Assembly: GCA_021157605.1 (NCBI GenBank)
Contig: JAGGWG010000010.1
Span: 1 to 50,729, forward strand
DNA length: 50,729 nt
Reading direction: 5' to 3'
From: a bacterium
GTDB taxonomy: Bacteria > Patescibacteriota > UBA1384 > JAGGWG01
Numbering within the stretch: the first letter of the stretch is position 1; each line of letters begins with the position of its first letter. The position numbers and the translations under genes are program-made. Below, piece after piece: positions 48,552 to 50,729 of the stretch. Under the pieces are notes generated by a model. It had not been told where the DNA came from. It worked only from the letters and a program-made list of their open reading frames with translations, and searched no databases.

Positions 48552-49113
48552 TCTCAGTCACCTCTTACTGAGTTTTAAAGAACTTGCTCTGAGTAAATAC
48601 TAAGATATTTAAACTCAGATCTCAATAGAATCTGCTATAACCATAATTATAAAAGCCAGAAATTTATTTGCTCGAGTTGTGTTAGAAAGGAGAAGGAAAG
48701 GGTTGTCTTTGCCGCAAACTACAGAAGAGTGGATTCAGGGGGTAGAGAAGGTTATAGAAGGCTACTAAATCTACAAGTAGTAATTAAGATATATTTTGCT
48801 TTCTTTTGTTTGTCCCGACGACTAAGGTTGTTGAGACTTTGAGGGGGCAAGTTTGTGAAAAATGGACCAATATCCATTTGAAGCTAAAAATAAGTTTATT
48901 TTAATTAACCTTTGCCCGTTTTTACATTTCATAACTTTTCACAAAGGCTTTTAAACAATTCCAAAATAGAAATACCCAGCATCAAGCTTAAAGGCAAAGT
49001 CGGGAACAAAGTAGGCGGGAGCTTTAAAAGAAAATTCAAAATTGAGGTTAAAAGTTATCACGCGCACTTTTTTGTGAGCGAAACTCGCCTCTGAAGTTTT
49101 TGATCTGAATTTC

Positions 49114-49142
49114 TTGCTCCTCTTTTGGTAAAAAAGTATACT
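49114..49142 (+). promoter_or_regulatory. Candidate promoter (TTGCTC-17-TATACT)
   Basis: -35 at 49114-49119 and -10 at 49137-49142; ATG at 49151; no Shine-Dalgarno. Confidence 0.3.
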
Positions 49143-49150
49143 AACAGCAA

Positions 49151-49945
49151 ATGCTTAATCCAAAATTGCGCTTTCGGTACAGTATTGTCAAAGAAGCAGA
49201 AAACTGGGTCAATCTCGCCAAGGATAAAAACGACACTTACGGAATACCTTATGAAGAGATAGTAGCCCCGATGCCGGAGAAAATTTTGCGTTTTATCGAA
49301 TCGCATAATCGCAAGGAGTCGATAGCCCACGTGAGTCAATTTTTGCGTCAGGATCCACGAAGACCGTTGAAAGAACTATTTATTCGGCAGAAAATCAAAA
49401 GCCTTGGGGCTATTTGGGAAAAATTAGGTGAAGAGTTGATAAAAAAATTGACTCGGCTCGTGGGTAAACAATTTAAGCAAAAAGAGCTCACCGCCTATAT
49501 CACCCACCTTTTTATTTGTGATTATAACTACGAGAAAGGCTACTTTTTCCTGAGCTTACATCACTCAGATGCTTTGAACTTTTCGGTAATCGCTCACGAG
49601 CTTTTTCATTTTTTGTTCTATGACCACTACCATGATTGCTGTTTGCAAAAAGGCTTGTCGGAAACCCAGTTTCAGGATCTTAAAGAGGCAATGACAGTTC
49701 TGCTTAATACTGACCAGTTTTCCTCCCTTCTTCTGGTTGAGGACCAAGGTTATCCTCAACACCAACCCCTTCGCGATTTTATTTGGAGAGAATTTCGGAA
49801 GAAGAACGACTTTAAGAAAGTGGTGGAAAAAACCATAAAATTCTTAAAGAAAGAAAACCCTGAAACAAAAAACCTTGGGCTCTTGAGTGAGCCCAAGGAT
49901 AGAGAAGAGCGTGTTCACACAGACTCTTCTTGGGTCTGTCGATAG
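49151..49945 (+). CDS. HExxH-motif protein, putative zinc metallopeptidase (family not recognised)
   Basis: SVIAHELFHFLFYDHY, with a downstream Glu candidate for the third ligand (FQDLKEAMTVLL). 264 aa. The 3' end overlaps the convergent SPASM ORF by 31 nt. Confidence 0.6.
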   Translation: MLNPKLRFRYSIVKEAENWVNLAKDKNDTYGIPYEEIVAPMPEKILRFIESHNRKESIAHVSQFLRQDPRRPLKELFIRQKIKSLGAIWEKLGEELIKKLTRLVGKQFKQKELTAYITHLFICDYNYEKGYFFLSLHHSDALNFSVIAHELFHFLFYDHYHDCCLQKGLSETQFQDLKEAMTVLLNTDQFSSLLLVEDQGYPQHQPLRDFIWREFRKKNDFKKVVEKTIKFLKKENPETKNLGLLSEPKDREERVHTDSSWVCR

Positions 49946-50304
49946 AGGTCTTCCAACAGCCAGTGGAGGGTGGTGATGACGTGGATACAGAAGTCTTCAT
50001 CGAGAGCCCAGATGCTACCATGTTTTATGTCCGCATTGTAGGGGCATCCACCTCCGCAAAAACCAAGAGCTTCACATTCTTGGCACTGAGGCATAAGGAA
50101 TGGTGAGCGCCGAGCCCACTCTCTCCAGTAAGGATGCTGAACCGGATCCAGTGTCTCTGTGAAAGGTACAAAATATCGGCCTGATCCTGTATACCCATGG
50201 CATACACCTACTTCACCTGTGGGAGTAAAAACTACTTGTCGACCGCAGCCACAACAGTCTCGATCGTATATCAATCCCTCCACGAATGCTTTCACTTTCC
50301 GCAT
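49915..50304 (-). CDS. Stand-alone or truncated SPASM (auxiliary 4Fe-4S) domain protein lacking the radical-SAM core
   Basis: CGRQVVFTPTGEVGVC (C-x9-G-x4-C), CQECEALGFCGGGC (C-x2-C-x5-C-x3-C) and the trailing Cys in DEDFCIH. Only 129 aa. Confidence 0.7.
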   Translation of the reverse strand: MRKVKAFVEGLIYDRDCCGCGRQVVFTPTGEVGVCHGYTGSGRYFVPFTETLDPVQHPYWREWARRSPFLMPQCQECEALGFCGGGCPYNADIKHGSIWALDEDFCIHVITTLHWLLEDLYRQTQEESV

Positions 50305-50316
50305 TATCCTTGATTC

Positions 50317-50329
50317 ATATTGAGGAGGT
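50317..50329 (+). repeat. 13-nt exact direct repeat, copy 1 (ATATTGAGGAGGT)
   Basis: Identical 13-mer at 50567-50579. Confidence 0.85.
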
Positions 50330-50483
50330 TTTGGGTTTGAGGAGAATAAAGGCTTTCGGAGTATAGTGAACGATACTTTGGATTCGAGAGCAAAAGTAAA
50401 AGAAATAATTTCTTGCTTCCGGAGCTTCCGAGCTTATTAAAGGGTGTTGACAATGATGGGGTTATGATCGCGTTTTTATTTAC

Positions 50484-50512
50484 TTGACAAAATGTGTTTT
50501 CTGTAGCAGAAT
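50484..50512 (+). promoter_or_regulatory. Candidate promoter (TTGACA-17-CAGAAT) facing the right-end ORF
   Basis: Perfect -35 at 50484-50489, 17-nt spacer, weak -10 at 50507-50512. Confidence 0.3.
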
Positions 50513-50566
50513 TTAATTGACTCAAGAGGGGCATTCAGTCTCTTTTGAGCGGCAATTATTGAAAAT

Positions 50567-50579
50567 ATATTGAGGAGGT
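50567..50579 (+). repeat. 13-nt exact direct repeat, copy 2 (ATATTGAGGAGGT); supplies the Shine-Dalgarno of the right-end ORF
   Basis: Identical to 50317-50329. Its GAGGAGG lies 7 nt upstream of ATG 50586. Confidence 0.85.
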
Positions 50580-50585
50580 GTCGAA

Positions 50586-50729
50586 ATGGGAGCAGTAGCA
50601 GCCAGGGCGGCGGCAGCCGCCGGCGCGTGGCTGAAGCCGCGCGCGATGACGCGGACAGAGAGATTTATTTCTGTCCCGCTGATGGTTTTTGTCTTTTTTT
50701 TGATATTCGCTTTTTTCGGAATCCCCCCC
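50586..50729 (+). CDS. 5' end of a gene running off the right edge; Ala/Arg-rich N-terminus followed by a TM helix
   Basis: MGAVAARAAAAAGAWLKPRAMTRTERFISVPLMVFVFFLIFAFFGIPP... with a strong Shine-Dalgarno. Not in the ORF track because there is no stop in the window. An alternative start is ATG 50646 (MTRTERF...). Confidence 0.35.
   Translation, partial: MGAVAARAAAAAGAWLKPRAMTRTERFISVPLMVFVFFLIFAFFGIPP

Noticed and set aside
48703-48768. A 21-codon frame (MSLPQTTEEWIQGVEKVIEGY) behind AAGGAGAAGG, considered as a possible RiPP precursor for the nearby SPASM/HExxH genes.
   Set aside because: It has a TTG start, no Cys or other obvious modification targets, and the maturase itself is truncated. 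The evidence is too thin to call it a gene.
48912-49339. A 60-aa TTG-start ORF (48912-49094) and a 93-aa minus-strand ORF (49058-49339) in or near the long spacer.
   Set aside because: Neither has a ribosome-binding site or any recognisable motif. The minus-strand ORF overlaps the start of the HExxH gene. Both are treated as chance ORFs, although the spacer itself is flagged in the findings.
50304-50534. A 76-aa ORF whose stop overlaps the SPASM ATG, considered as a precursor peptide or as the missing N-terminal part of the maturase.
   Set aside because: It has no CxxxCxxC motif and a low-complexity Ser/Leu/Asn-rich sequence. The opposite strand carries promoter-like hexamers. It is most likely a chance frame in the rearranged segment, and is mentioned only in the SPASM finding.

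Overview
This is a low-G+C, tightly packed bacterial chromosome segment. Genes are separated by 0-60 bp, and several overlap as ATGA or TAATG. The standard code applies, since TGA ends proS, tpiA, pgk and fusA at the expected lengths.

About 45 kb is core housekeeping in Firmicutes-like but 'collapsed' operons:
- NYN nuclease, S41 peptidase, rplI
- lemA, DUF4870-like protein, htpX
- ligA, gatC, gatA, a small ORF, gatB, htrA
- rpmE, prfA, prmC and a Zn-ribbon ORF (minus strand)
- rpsB, tsf, frr, rseP, proS, uvrC
- yvcK, then the glycolytic block tpiA, gap, pgk, fba and a PfkB-type kinase
- tig, clpP, a LysM/CHAP hydrolase, obg
- rpoB, rpoC, rpsL, rpsG, fusA
- a D-2-hydroxyacid dehydrogenase
- murA (minus strand) and murC

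A short EF-Ts, a compact UvrC, the missing pyrH/uppS/cdsA/dxr, fermentative metabolism and pilin-like modules together suggest a reduced-genome Patescibacteria/CPR-like organism. That assignment is inference only. I saw no rRNA, tRNA, CRISPR array, transposase or integrase.

Non-core content worth a second look:
1. A ribbon-helix-helix domain fused to a sugar-phosphate nucleotidyltransferase, preceded by helically phased TATGAAT repeats and followed by a truncated, frameshifted GHMP-kinase remnant.
2. A small HEPN-like (R-x4-H) ORF wedged inside the gatCAB operon.
3. A pilin-type globular module at the C-terminus of a 519-aa membrane protein.
4. The right-hand ~3 kb, which is compositionally patchy and locally G+C-rich. 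It holds an H-X9-DG pseudopilin-like protein without a prepilin cleavage motif, a ~600-bp non-coding gap, an HExxH protein, an orphan SPASM domain ORF with no radical-SAM core, a 13-nt exact direct repeat bracketing 250 bp, and a very G+C-rich ORF start running off the contig.

Nothing here is a demonstrably complete novel system. The RHH-enzyme fusion and the orphan-SPASM/HExxH patch are the best leads. All calls come from reading the sequence and the translations by eye; no database search was run.
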